From a virus, in the IMG/VR virus record IMGVR_UViG_3300050498_000393: 64,000 bases of DNA; one strand, 5' to 3'. The number at the start of each line of letters is the position of its first letter. Within the stretch, counting starts at the first letter, position 1. The notes under the pieces are model-generated. The model saw nothing but the letters and a program-made list of their open reading frames with translations, had not been told where the DNA came from and did no database searches. The position numbers and the translations under genes were made by a program. Positions 37,954-46,554 of this stretch are shown piece after piece.

Positions 37954-38756
37954 ACCCACCCAGCGGCACCCTGTCCGGTATCATCCACGCCGCGTCCAAG
38001 GTCGGTAAGTCGACGCTGTGCAGCACCGCGCCTCCCCCGATCTGCGTCTGGGACGTCGAAGGCTCGTGGCGGTTCATCGACCGCGCCGGGTTCTGTCGGG
38101 TGGGGCAGCACCTCGGTCCCACGTGTCCGTGCCCGCCGCTACGCAAGGTGTACTGGGATCCGAACACCGAGCCGCCACCCCGTTATGACGGCACGTGGGA
38201 GGCCTGTCTCGTCAACGTGCGCGACTGGCGCACCCTGACGAACGGCTACAACTGGCTGGCGCACCCCGGTTATCACGACTTCAAGTCGCTGGTCATCGAT
38301 AGCGTCACGGAAAGTCAGCGGAAGCTCAAGACGAATCTTAAGGGTCTCGAGCAGATGAAGATTCAGGACTGGGGTTCGCTGCTCGTCCAGATGGATAAGT
38401 TGATCCGCGACTGCCGTGACCTGGTGCTGTTACCCGAGTCACCGCTGCGCCTGGTGGTGTTCGTCGCCGAGACACGCCAGGAGAACGGTAAGTGGCGACC
38501 GTACATGCAAGGTCAGATCTCGGTCGCGTTGCCGTACTGGGTGGACATCGTGGGTTACCAGTACCCGTCCTGGGAGAACGACGCGGACGGTCAGTCGCAG
38601 GTACTGGTGAACCGACTGTGGATCGGACCGTCCGCGCAGTTCGAGACCGGCGAGCGGGTGCAGGGTCGCCTGGGTCACGACATTCGCGACCCACACCTAG
38701 GTAGAATGATGGAGACCCTATTCGGGGTCGAGCAGCCTGAGGAGGCAACCACGTGA
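37950..38756 (+). CDS. RecA-like ATPase (Sak4-like recombination protein)
   Basis: Walker A HAASKVGKST, Walker B SLVIDSVTE. GTGA overlap start. Lies between the nuclease and the SSB-like gene. Confidence 0.65.
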   Translation: MNPPSGTLSGIIHAASKVGKSTLCSTAPPPICVWDVEGSWRFIDRAGFCRVGQHLGPTCPCPPLRKVYWDPNTEPPPRYDGTWEACLVNVRDWRTLTNGYNWLAHPGYHDFKSLVIDSVTESQRKLKTNLKGLEQMKIQDWGSLLVQMDKLIRDCRDLVLLPESPLRLVVFVAETRQENGKWRPYMQGQISVALPYWVDIVGYQYPSWENDADGQSQVLVNRLWIGPSAQFETGERVQGRLGHDIRDPHLGRMMETLFGVEQPEEATT

Positions 38757-39355
38757 CCGATCCGAATCACGTGTCGTGGGGTTCACTACGACAGAAGGCC
38801 GAGGACGCGACCAAGCCGGCGCCTCCCGGTGACTACACGGTCGAGGTGAAGAGCGCCGTCGTCAAGGCCGCCTCGACCAGCGGCAACCCGATGATCGTGG
38901 TTACCGGAAAGATCACCGAGGGTCCGTACGCCGGTAAGACCGTGTTCAACAACTTCAACATCACGTATGACAACGACTTCGCATTGGCGATCTTCTTCCG
39001 GCACATGGCGGCGTTCGGTCTCGGTGCGGCGTTTTTCGACTCACTCGCGCCGGGCGATATCGAGCCGGTCGCACAGGCGCTGGTCGGTCGGTCGGCCCGC
39101 TGGACGTTGTCGATCCGACAGTGGCAAGGCCAGGATCGAAACCAGGTAGACACGATCGCGCCGTTGGGCGGACCCGGCGCGGCCGGTCCCGTACCACCGG
39201 TACCCGGGGGATCTCCGGCCTCAGTTCCGACTCCGAACGTCGGCCCGCCGTTGCCGGTCGCCGCACCACCCGGGCCATCTACGCCACCGTCACTACCGAC
39301 ACCCGCGCCGACCGAGGCGACCGTGCCACCCGCCCCACCGCCACTCCCCTTCTAA
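38753..39355 (+). CDS. DUF669/SSB-like single-strand DNA-binding protein
   Basis: OB-like N-terminus (GDYTVEVKSAVVKAASTSGNPMIVVTGKITEGPYAGKTVFNNFNI), Pro-rich tail and position in the module. Confidence 0.55.
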   Translation: MTDPNHVSWGSLRQKAEDATKPAPPGDYTVEVKSAVVKAASTSGNPMIVVTGKITEGPYAGKTVFNNFNITYDNDFALAIFFRHMAAFGLGAAFFDSLAPGDIEPVAQALVGRSARWTLSIRQWQGQDRNQVDTIAPLGGPGAAGPVPPVPGGSPASVPTPNVGPPLPVAAPPGPSTPPSLPTPAPTEATVPPAPPPLPF

Positions 39356-39358
39356 ATT

Positions 39359-39433
39359 CGATATAGTGAGACCGACGGCCGGGTTCAGCGTCGCACCCGG
39401 CCGTTCTCTCGTAGATCGAGTGAGGAGTAGACG
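39359..39433 (+). promoter_or_regulatory. -10-like TATAGT, perfect 9-bp hairpin (39375-39404) and GTAGATCGAGTGAGGAG leader
   Basis: The hairpin ACGGCCGGG-N12-CCCGGCCGT may also terminate the upstream operon. Confidence 0.4.
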
Positions 39434-40756
39434 ATGAAGATCGGGTACGGTAAGCTGGGTCGCAGCATGCCGCTGACCCTCTCACAATGCGGTAACCTCG
39501 GCGGCGACGTCGAGATGGTGCCCACGATCGATGCGCTGGCACGGCGGCATCCCGATGACGAGTTCTGGCTGCTCGGTCGCAACTCGGGTGAGGAACCCGT
39601 GTCGGTCGGACTGCCTTCGAACGTGATCAACCCGTGGAAGTGGTGGGGACCCGCGGTGTTGGAAGCCAAGCGTGCCGTCGGCCTCAACCACCCTGACCTG
39701 TCGATCGAGGAACACGACAAGCTCGGTCGGATCTTCGATGAGATCACGACGCCAACGTTTGTCGCGATGGATGCGTTGGTGCTCTGGGTTGGACAGCACG
39801 GCACGACGAACTCACCGATCCCGGGCGTTCGTAAGGAAGGCCTCACGAAGCCTCACGACTGGTGCGCGCTCTACTGCTCATATGTGCTGCGCGGCGTCAA
39901 CGCGTGGCGCGACGTAGATCCGTGGAAGCGTGAGGAGGTGTGGCTCAACTCGGATCCGCGTAACTACATGAAGATGCGCGACCTGAAGTGGCCCCTACGA
40001 CACCCGGTGCTGACACAGTACACGTTCATCAACCGTATGAAGCACGAGCGGTACGGCGACGGTGACGCCTTTGAAGAGTGGTCGGCGCACAACCACTGCG
40101 CACTCGAGCGGTCGAGTCACCGCGACAGGCTGTGGCTCTCTTACGCGCGCAACGAGTACGCCCGTCTCGAGGTCAACTCCCTGCTTCCCGGCGCACCGTT
40201 CGCGAAGGACGCGTGGTTCAGAAAGTATGATGCAGACCCAGCGCCGTTTGGCATCTTCATCAACGAGACGCGCCGTTACGTCAACTCGGCGAAGACTCGC
40301 TCACGGATCTTGCGCGACTGGGTGCTGCCACTCGAACCGGCGTTCATCCACGGCACGTGGTCGAAGGAGGGCCAGGCCGAGGTCGGTCGCGTGATCGAGC
40401 CACTGTCGCCGTCATCGTACTTCGCCCGGCTGCGGACCGTGCGATCAACGTTCACTACCCCGGCCAGTGGCACCGGTTGGGCGACGGCGAAGCCGTGGGA
40501 GGCGTTCGCGGTAGGCGTCGTGTGTTTCTTCCACCCGGACTACGACGACCAGGACAACATCCTCGGCGACGCACACCCGGACCTGCGCCGCTGGTTGCGA
40601 GTCGAATCGCCGGAACAACTCGCCAACCGTGTCAAGCACATGGCTGCAAACGACGAGCACTGGCGCTGGGTGATCGTCGAACAGTACAATCACTTTCGAC
40701 GCGCCGTCATCAAACCACGGTATCTGATGGCGATCGAGGAGAGGATCTGGAAGTGA
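39434..40756 (+). CDS. putative GT-B-type glycosyltransferase (440 aa), target unknown
   Basis: C-terminal ...TAKPWEAFAVGVVCFFHPDYD... resembles the sugar-donor-binding EA-x-A-x-G-x-P region of GT-B enzymes. The overall layout recalls T4 beta-glucosyltransferase. Not verifiable here. Confidence 0.4.
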   Translation: MKIGYGKLGRSMPLTLSQCGNLGGDVEMVPTIDALARRHPDDEFWLLGRNSGEEPVSVGLPSNVINPWKWWGPAVLEAKRAVGLNHPDLSIEEHDKLGRIFDEITTPTFVAMDALVLWVGQHGTTNSPIPGVRKEGLTKPHDWCALYCSYVLRGVNAWRDVDPWKREEVWLNSDPRNYMKMRDLKWPLRHPVLTQYTFINRMKHERYGDGDAFEEWSAHNHCALERSSHRDRLWLSYARNEYARLEVNSLLPGAPFAKDAWFRKYDADPAPFGIFINETRRYVNSAKTRSRILRDWVLPLEPAFIHGTWSKEGQAEVGRVIEPLSPSSYFARLRTVRSTFTTPASGTGWATAKPWEAFAVGVVCFFHPDYDDQDNILGDAHPDLRRWLRVESPEQLANRVKHMAANDEHWRWVIVEQYNHFRRAVIKPRYLMAIEERIWK

Positions 40757-41529
40757 GACGAGGAACCTCGGGCGCCGCGATCATGGTAAGTACCAATAAT
40801 CCGTTCCGGGTGCATAAGAGGGGCGACGAGCGGGTAGGCACGCAGGGTCGTTGGCTCCGGTCGATCAACCCACTGCCTTCTATCCTCCCGTATGTCTGGA
40901 CGACGCACGCCGAGTCATACGAGATGGAGTTGCTCCAGGAACCCAACCTCGGTTGGCTCGACACGCAGGTGTTACTGGAGTGGCTCGTGAGACAACTCGA
41001 GGATGACATCTGGGCACGCGATCCGGTTGTTGGATTCGACCTCCGGGCACACCAGCGTAAGCTGCTGCTCTACACACCGTTCCACGAGGTGTCGGACCCG
41101 GCGTGGACCCGATTCGTCGAACTACGACGAGAGATCGACTGGGACTCCCTGCGCCGCTGTCTCACACACGGTGACCCGACGTACGACAACGTGATGTTCC
41201 GTGACAACTCTGGTAAGCTGCCGACGCCGGTGCTGGTGGACCCGCTGCCGGCGACGCCGGCGGTGCCCGACCTTTGGTCGGTGGACCTGGGTAAGCTGCT
41301 GCAGTCGTGCCTCGGTTGGGAGGTGCACCGGTACTCGGATATTCGCATGTCATTCGCACACCCGCTGGAGCTACGCCAGGCGCTCAAGCTCGAACAGACG
41401 GACAACGAGTGGCGCGCGACCGTGTACTGGTGCGTCGTGCACCTGCTACGTACACTGCCGTACCTCGAGTCCGCGACCACACGCATAGGCGTGGGAAGGA
41501 TGATCGATGAGGCGTTACTTCTACTTTGA
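40753..41529 (+). CDS. APH/choline-kinase-like phosphotransferase (putative sugar kinase)
   Basis: LTHGDPTYDNVMF (HGDxxxxN) and VLVDPL. GTGA overlap start (alternative ATG at 40783). Confidence 0.6.
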   Translation: MRRGTSGAAIMVSTNNPFRVHKRGDERVGTQGRWLRSINPLPSILPYVWTTHAESYEMELLQEPNLGWLDTQVLLEWLVRQLEDDIWARDPVVGFDLRAHQRKLLLYTPFHEVSDPAWTRFVELRREIDWDSLRRCLTHGDPTYDNVMFRDNSGKLPTPVLVDPLPATPAVPDLWSVDLGKLLQSCLGWEVHRYSDIRMSFAHPLELRQALKLEQTDNEWRATVYWCVVHLLRTLPYLESATTRIGVGRMIDEALLLL

Positions 41530-42067
41530 CATCGACGGTGTGCTCGTGGACTCGCGTGCCACCGTGCGCGCCGCCTACGAGGGGGCTCTCGGCCAGCGCA
41601 TCGACGACGCCGTCTGGCAGGAGGTCTGGGGCAAGCCGTGGAAGTTGTGGCTACCCGACTTCGTGGGCGAGGTCGGCGAATCGGTCGGCGTGCACCGGCG
41701 TAAGAACGACATCTACCGCGAGCTGATCCGTGGTGGCCACGCGTTGCCCCTGGCCGGTGCGGTCGCCGTGCGTCTACTCCACGGCATGGATCACGGTGTT
41801 CGTCTGATCACCGGCGCGTCCGAGACGGCCGCGCACGCCGTCCTCCACTGGCTCAACATACCGATCCAGCTGTTGGATGTCACCGAGGCAAGTCGTACCG
41901 ACAAGGTAACCCGGCTCGCGTACCTCGAGTCACACGGCGGCGTCATCCACACCGACGATGACGAAAAGCTGATCGCCGAGCTCGAGGAACGCCGCGTGCC
42001 CGCGGTGCACTTCCACGGACAGTCGATCGACGAGTTGATGGATGAGTTGTGGACACGGTCATCCTAG
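41507..42067 (+). CDS. HAD-superfamily phosphatase/phosphomutase
   Basis: Motif I, YFYFDIDGVLVDS. Confidence 0.65.
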   Translation: MRRYFYFDIDGVLVDSRATVRAAYEGALGQRIDDAVWQEVWGKPWKLWLPDFVGEVGESVGVHRRKNDIYRELIRGGHALPLAGAVAVRLLHGMDHGVRLITGASETAAHAVLHWLNIPIQLLDVTEASRTDKVTRLAYLESHGGVIHTDDDEKLIAELEERRVPAVHFHGQSIDELMDELWTRSS

Positions 42068-42756
42068 CCGCGGGACGCAATCAACGACTGCAACACATCA
42101 TTCCCCCATATCACAAGCCGTTCATCGTGTTGAACGGTCGATCGGTGCTCGAGCGGGCGGTCGACGTCGCCACACAGACCCACCCGGGTGATCGCTGCAT
42201 CGTCGTGTGCGCCCCCCAGAACGCCGTGCAGGCGGCACACGTGGTCAACAGTCGAGCACTACTCGCGGTGCAAGCAATGCCACGTGGTCCCGGTGATGCA
42301 CTGTGGTGTGGGTTGCAACTCGTGGTTACCGAGCACGTGCTGGTACTCATGGGTGACAACGTAACGGATGTCGGGGATGTGCGGCTGTTTCAACCCACCT
42401 CTGACGCGACCGAACGCATCGGGATCCAGCGCACGCGAGATCTCGAGCGCGCCGCGTCATTCACCGTGTGGAACCACAAGTCACGACGTTGGGAGGAGAA
42501 GGTACCGATTGGACCCGAGCACACCGAACCCGCCGTCGACATCTACGGTGATGACACACGGCTGGTGACGTGTTGGTTTGGGCCCCTCATGTTACGCACC
42601 GCTAGAGCCCTGGACGTTCTCACTACGACACGTGTTGTCGACGATGGTACGGTTCGACCTGAGCTGCTCATCGGACCCATCTTAAGTGAATTGGCACCCA
42701 ACGGCATTCACGTTCCGGTGCACACATCCGACGTTGACACGGAGGTATTGCGGTGA
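42049..42756 (+). CDS. sugar-phosphate nucleotidyltransferase
   Basis: VILAAGRNQRL (LAAGxGxRL signature). Confidence 0.65.
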   Translation: MDTVILAAGRNQRLQHIIPPYHKPFIVLNGRSVLERAVDVATQTHPGDRCIVVCAPQNAVQAAHVVNSRALLAVQAMPRGPGDALWCGLQLVVTEHVLVLMGDNVTDVGDVRLFQPTSDATERIGIQRTRDLERAASFTVWNHKSRRWEEKVPIGPEHTEPAVDIYGDDTRLVTCWFGPLMLRTARALDVLTTTRVVDDGTVRPELLIGPILSELAPNGIHVPVHTSDVDTEVLR

Positions 42757-43667
42757 CAAAAACCGCCCTGGTGACCGGCTCGAACGGTTTCCTCGGTCGA
42801 CACTTCGTGCGCGAACTCGAATCACGCAACTGGAATGTCGTGACGATGGATGGTGAAGATCTCTCCAACGACGTCCGTGCGCTGTGGTACGAGACGGAGG
42901 ACGACACGTACGACCTCGTAGTGCACTGCGCGGCCGTTGGTCCAAACCGCGTGGCAATGTCGACGCCGAGCATGAATCTCGCTACCAACGTGCAACTGGA
43001 CGCGACGCTGTTCAACTGGGCTGTACAAACCAACCAGCGGCACGTGATCTACATCTCCTCAGCGGCGATCTACCCGGTGGAACTGCAGAGTATCGTTCTG
43101 AACATGCCCGGCTTCGAGACGATGTTGATCGAAAGTGATGTGCACCTTGACGATCCCGAGGTGCGCGTACCGGACGGCGACTACGGCTGGACAAAGTGGC
43201 TCGGCGAACGTATGGCACACCGGGCGCGCGCGCTCGGACTACAGGTTACGATCGTGCGACCGTTCTCGGGGTACGGCGAGGACCAGGACCCCGAACACTT
43301 CCCGTTTCCCGCCATCATGCGACGAGTGTGCAACGGCAATCTCACCGTGTGGGGCCCGGCCGGTCAGCGTCGTGACTGGATCCACGTCGACGACGTCGTA
43401 CGCGGCGCACTCGCGATCGCGGAGACCTCGGTCAACGAGACGGTGAATCTGTGTACGGGCGTCGGAACCACGTTCGGCGACCTGGCCGTCGCGATGGCCC
43501 GGGAGCTCGAGTTGCCGATCGCGCATCATCACATTATCTACGATGAGAACAAACCGACCGGTGTGTATCACCGCGTCGGTAACCCGGCACACATGCACGA
43601 GTTCTACGAGCCAAAGATCACACTCGAGGAGGGGATCCGACGTGCAGTCCGAGCCGCCGGTGCCTGA
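42753..43667 (+). CDS. NAD-dependent epimerase/dehydratase (SDR)
   Basis: ALVTGSNGFLGRH Rossmann motif. YGWTKWLGE is the YxxxK motif. Confidence 0.75.
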   Translation: MTKTALVTGSNGFLGRHFVRELESRNWNVVTMDGEDLSNDVRALWYETEDDTYDLVVHCAAVGPNRVAMSTPSMNLATNVQLDATLFNWAVQTNQRHVIYISSAAIYPVELQSIVLNMPGFETMLIESDVHLDDPEVRVPDGDYGWTKWLGERMAHRARALGLQVTIVRPFSGYGEDQDPEHFPFPAIMRRVCNGNLTVWGPAGQRRDWIHVDDVVRGALAIAETSVNETVNLCTGVGTTFGDLAVAMARELELPIAHHHIIYDENKPTGVYHRVGNPAHMHEFYEPKITLEEGIRRAVRAAGA

Positions 43668-44172
43668 TCGTTTGGCTACGATGATCGCGCTCCAGCGTTC
43701 GTTGCAGGAGACGCACATGCTTCGCGGCAACACGTTCGCTGATATGACCACACTGGAGCGGGTGCACTACGTCAGGGACATGTACGTCGCCGCTACCCAG
43801 GAGCTCGGTGAGGTGCTCGACGAGACGACGTGGAAGTCGTGGTCCGTCGCGCAACCCGCGATCCACGATGATCACCTCTTCGGCGAGGTGATCGACGTGT
43901 GGCACATCGTTATGAACCTGTTCCTCGTCGCGCGACCGAACGCGACGTCGGATGAGATCGCCGCCGAGATCTACCGTGCGTACCAACGGAAGCGACAGAT
44001 CAACGTCGAGCGGCAGGTCAACGGCTACGCCGGCGACGGTAAGTGTCCACTCTGCACGCGGGCGCTGGACGACGTGGGGTTCGTACCCGACCTCGAGGCG
44101 GATCCGGCCGGTCAAGACATGATGATGTGCCTCGGCTGTCGCGGTACGTTTCCACGGGACGACGTGAGGTGA
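43642..44172 (+). CDS. all-alpha NTP pyrophosphohydrolase (dimeric dUTPase/dCTPase/MazG-like) with C-terminal zinc ribbon
   Basis: ATQELGEVLDETTWKSW...GEVIDVWHIVMNLF acidic helix pattern. CPLC...CLGC. GTG at 43642 with a GAGGAGGGG SD. Confidence 0.55.
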   Translation: MQSEPPVPDRLATMIALQRSLQETHMLRGNTFADMTTLERVHYVRDMYVAATQELGEVLDETTWKSWSVAQPAIHDDHLFGEVIDVWHIVMNLFLVARPNATSDEIAAEIYRAYQRKRQINVERQVNGYAGDGKCPLCTRALDDVGFVPDLEADPAGQDMMMCLGCRGTFPRDDVR

Positions 44173-45371
44173 CCTACCGAGCGCTGGACGTCATGGGCTT
44201 CGCCGGCGGATTCACCCTCGGCGTCGTACAGGCCGGCTTCGAACTGGTCGGTAAGCGGGAGCTTCAGGGCGGATTCGGCGTGGCGAACTGTGAGGTCAAC
44301 CGACACCTACTCGGCTCGCGCTGGCAGACCGAGATCGGCCACGAGAGCTCGTGGACGCCGGTGGACACCGAGTTGGTCTTCGGCAACCCACCCTGCTCCG
44401 GCTTCTCGGTGATGTCGGCGAAGACGTTTCGCGGCGCGGACTCGAAGATCAACCACTGCATGTGGGCATTCGTCGAGTACGCGGCGCGCGTGCGACCCCA
44501 AGTCGCCGCGTTCGAGTCCGTCCAGCAGGCGTACACGAGCGCCGACGGCCGTGTGCTCATGACGTCGCTGCGCAATCGACTAGATGAGTTGACGGGTTGG
44601 CACTGGAACCTGCATCACGTGTTACACAACGCGTACTCGGTGGGTGGCGCCGCGCAACGACGTCGCTACTTCTGGGTGGCGTCGCGCGTGCCGTTCGGCG
44701 TCGAGGAACCCAACCCGCGCACGCGCCTTCCCCTGCTGCGCGACGTGATCGGCGACCTCGCCCAGCTCGGCCAGACGTGGCTACCGCAACCCTACCGAGC
44801 CAGCGCCGATTCCTGGGCCGAGCCGCGTCGCCGTACGGACGGTGCGGTGGACGGTCACGTGTCCCTGGACATCCCCCTGACCCGCCGGATACGGCAACTA
44901 CTGGACGCCGTCGACTGGAAGCCGGGGGAGGCGCTCGGCGACGTGTTATCTCGCTACTGGGACGAGTACGGCCGACTGCCCAACGGCTTTGACGAGGAAA
45001 AGATCGTTAAGAACGAGTTCCACGTGGGTTACACGACTCCGACGCGCTGGAACGGTAACAACCCGGCGCGTGTAATCACCGGTGGCGCGCTGCAGATGGT
45101 CGTGCACCCGTGGCTCGACCGGACGATCACCCACCGCGAGGCCGCGCGGGTGATGGGTTTTCCCGACGACTGGCTGATCGAACCGCTACGCGGCAAGTCA
45201 GGCCTACACCTCACGTGGGGTAAGGGAATCACGGTCGACTGTGGGCGCTGGCTCGGTGGTTGGATCAAGCGTGCCCTAGACGGTCAGCGGGGTAGCGTCG
45301 CCGGTAAGCTGGTCGGTAACCGTGAGTGGACCATCGACGTCACCAACTCGTATCGCAAGTTCATGTGGTAG
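44169..45371 (+). CDS. DNA cytosine-C5 methyltransferase-like enzyme
   Basis: Motif I DVMGFAGGF, motif IV GNPPCSGFS (Ser where Gln is usual), motif VI AAFESVQ, and REAARVMGFPDDW. GTGA overlap start. Confidence 0.75.
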   Translation: MTYRALDVMGFAGGFTLGVVQAGFELVGKRELQGGFGVANCEVNRHLLGSRWQTEIGHESSWTPVDTELVFGNPPCSGFSVMSAKTFRGADSKINHCMWAFVEYAARVRPQVAAFESVQQAYTSADGRVLMTSLRNRLDELTGWHWNLHHVLHNAYSVGGAAQRRRYFWVASRVPFGVEEPNPRTRLPLLRDVIGDLAQLGQTWLPQPYRASADSWAEPRRRTDGAVDGHVSLDIPLTRRIRQLLDAVDWKPGEALGDVLSRYWDEYGRLPNGFDEEKIVKNEFHVGYTTPTRWNGNNPARVITGGALQMVVHPWLDRTITHREAARVMGFPDDWLIEPLRGKSGLHLTWGKGITVDCGRWLGGWIKRALDGQRGSVAGKLVGNREWTIDVTNSYRKFMW

Positions 45372-45392
45372 TGTCGATCTCGACACAGTTTT
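45371..45392 (+). terminator. short hairpin with T-tract
   Basis: GTGTCG-ATCT-CGACAC followed by AGTTTT. Confidence 0.45.
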
Positions 45393-45411
45393 AAGAATCG
45401 GGGAGGTAGTC

Positions 45412-45675
45412 TTGGGCGCTCCAGCGAGCGAGGAGACCGCACGCCGGCGCGGTCGACCGCGCCCGGATGAAACGATCAACCGCGATGAACTCGTGCTCAC
45501 GCGCCTGCGTGAGTCCGGCGTGGCGATGACCCGTGATGAGGTCGCCCAGGCGGCTGAACTCACACCTGCGAAGGCGTACCTATCGCTGTGGCGACTGCGT
45601 CGCGACGGTCACGTCCAGCGGGTGCACCAGGACGGTAAGCACCGTTGGGTCGTCGTGGTACCGCAGTCTCCGTAG
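45412..45675 (+). CDS. small winged-helix DNA-binding protein (87 aa)
   Basis: TTG start with a GGGGAGG SD. ...VAMTRDEVAQAAELTPAKAYLSLWRLRRDGHVQRV... is MarR/wHTH-like. Confidence 0.55.
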   Translation: MGAPASEETARRRGRPRPDETINRDELVLTRLRESGVAMTRDEVAQAAELTPAKAYLSLWRLRRDGHVQRVHQDGKHRWVVVVPQSP

Positions 45676-45683
45676 GAGGAAGC

Positions 45684-46013
45684 GTGGATCCACTACCGGC
45701 GCTCCTGCCGACGCTCAGGGAACTGGGTACGGCGGGAGCGCTGCTCGTTGTGCTGCTCGCCCTGTTTCGCGGTTGGCTGGTGATCGGCGCGCAACAGCAA
45801 CGTCTGATCGACGTCTACGACAAGTTGATCGCGGACAAGGACCGACAGATCGCCGACTGGAAGGCCTTCGGTGAGGCCGCCGATCGACGCGGTGACCTGT
45901 TCGGCGAGGCACTCCGGGACAACACCGAGACGTTGCGTACCCAGGTCGAGGTGGGTCGTGAGGTACAGCGCTTCATACTCGGCACGTCGACGGACGGGCG
46001 GAGGTCTGCGTAG
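45684..46013 (+). CDS. membrane-anchored coiled-coil protein of the lysis cassette (109 aa)
   Basis: GTG with an AGGAGGAAGC SD. N-terminal TM segment (GTAGALLVVLLALFRGWLVIG), then a helical region. Confidence 0.55.
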   Translation: MDPLPALLPTLRELGTAGALLVVLLALFRGWLVIGAQQQRLIDVYDKLIADKDRQIADWKAFGEAADRRGDLFGEALRDNTETLRTQVEVGREVQRFILGTSTDGRRSA

Positions 46014-46234
46014 TGCGCTGGCCGTGGCAGAGAGACATCGATGATCCGTCGCTGAACGGCGCTAGGCTAGAGTCACCGGAGGCACGCGAGGCACGCGAGG
46101 CACGCAGAGAGAGTGAGGCCAAGCTCGACGAGGCCCACAACGCGGTGCGTCACTCCGAGCAGGTACGACGAGCGGCAAATCGACTGGCGAATGACCTGAC
46201 GCAGGCGATGCGGAGGAGAACGGCACGTGGTTGA
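46013..46234 (+). CDS. hypothetical charged helical protein (73 aa)
   Basis: GTG overlapping the upstream TAG. Contains a 3 x 9-bp tandem repeat (GAGGCACGC, 46079-46105) encoding EAREAREAR. Confidence 0.5.
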   Translation: MRWPWQRDIDDPSLNGARLESPEAREAREARRESEAKLDEAHNAVRHSEQVRRAANRLANDLTQAMRRRTARG

Positions 46235-46544
46235 ACTGCTACGTACGCTGGGCACGGGGGCGATGATCGCCGGCATCGTGGCGTTTGTACTGTTTCTCCT
46301 TCTCTACCTAACGGGCTCCGACTGGCGCGCGACGCCGATCGGCCGCTACGTGGCGGCGTTCTTCGGTTTGATCGCAGTCTTGTTGATCTACATTGCCGTG
46401 ATCACGTTCCTTATGCCGGCGTTACCTCTCACCGTGCGACTGATCATTCGGCTCTGGGTATTTGGTTCGTTCGCCACACTAGGCTGGTGGCTCGTCGTGA
46501 TACTGCTACGTGTCCAGCGTCGAGAACGGCACGATCGAGAGTAG
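46227..46544 (+). CDS. holin-like membrane protein (105 aa, about 4 TM)
   Basis: Multiple hydrophobic segments and a basic C-terminus (RVQRRERHDRE). Immediately upstream of the endolysin. Confidence 0.6.
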   Translation: MVELLRTLGTGAMIAGIVAFVLFLLLYLTGSDWRATPIGRYVAAFFGLIAVLLIYIAVITFLMPALPLTVRLIIRLWVFGSFATLGWWLVVILLRVQRRERHDRE

Positions 46545-46554
46545 GCGATGATAC

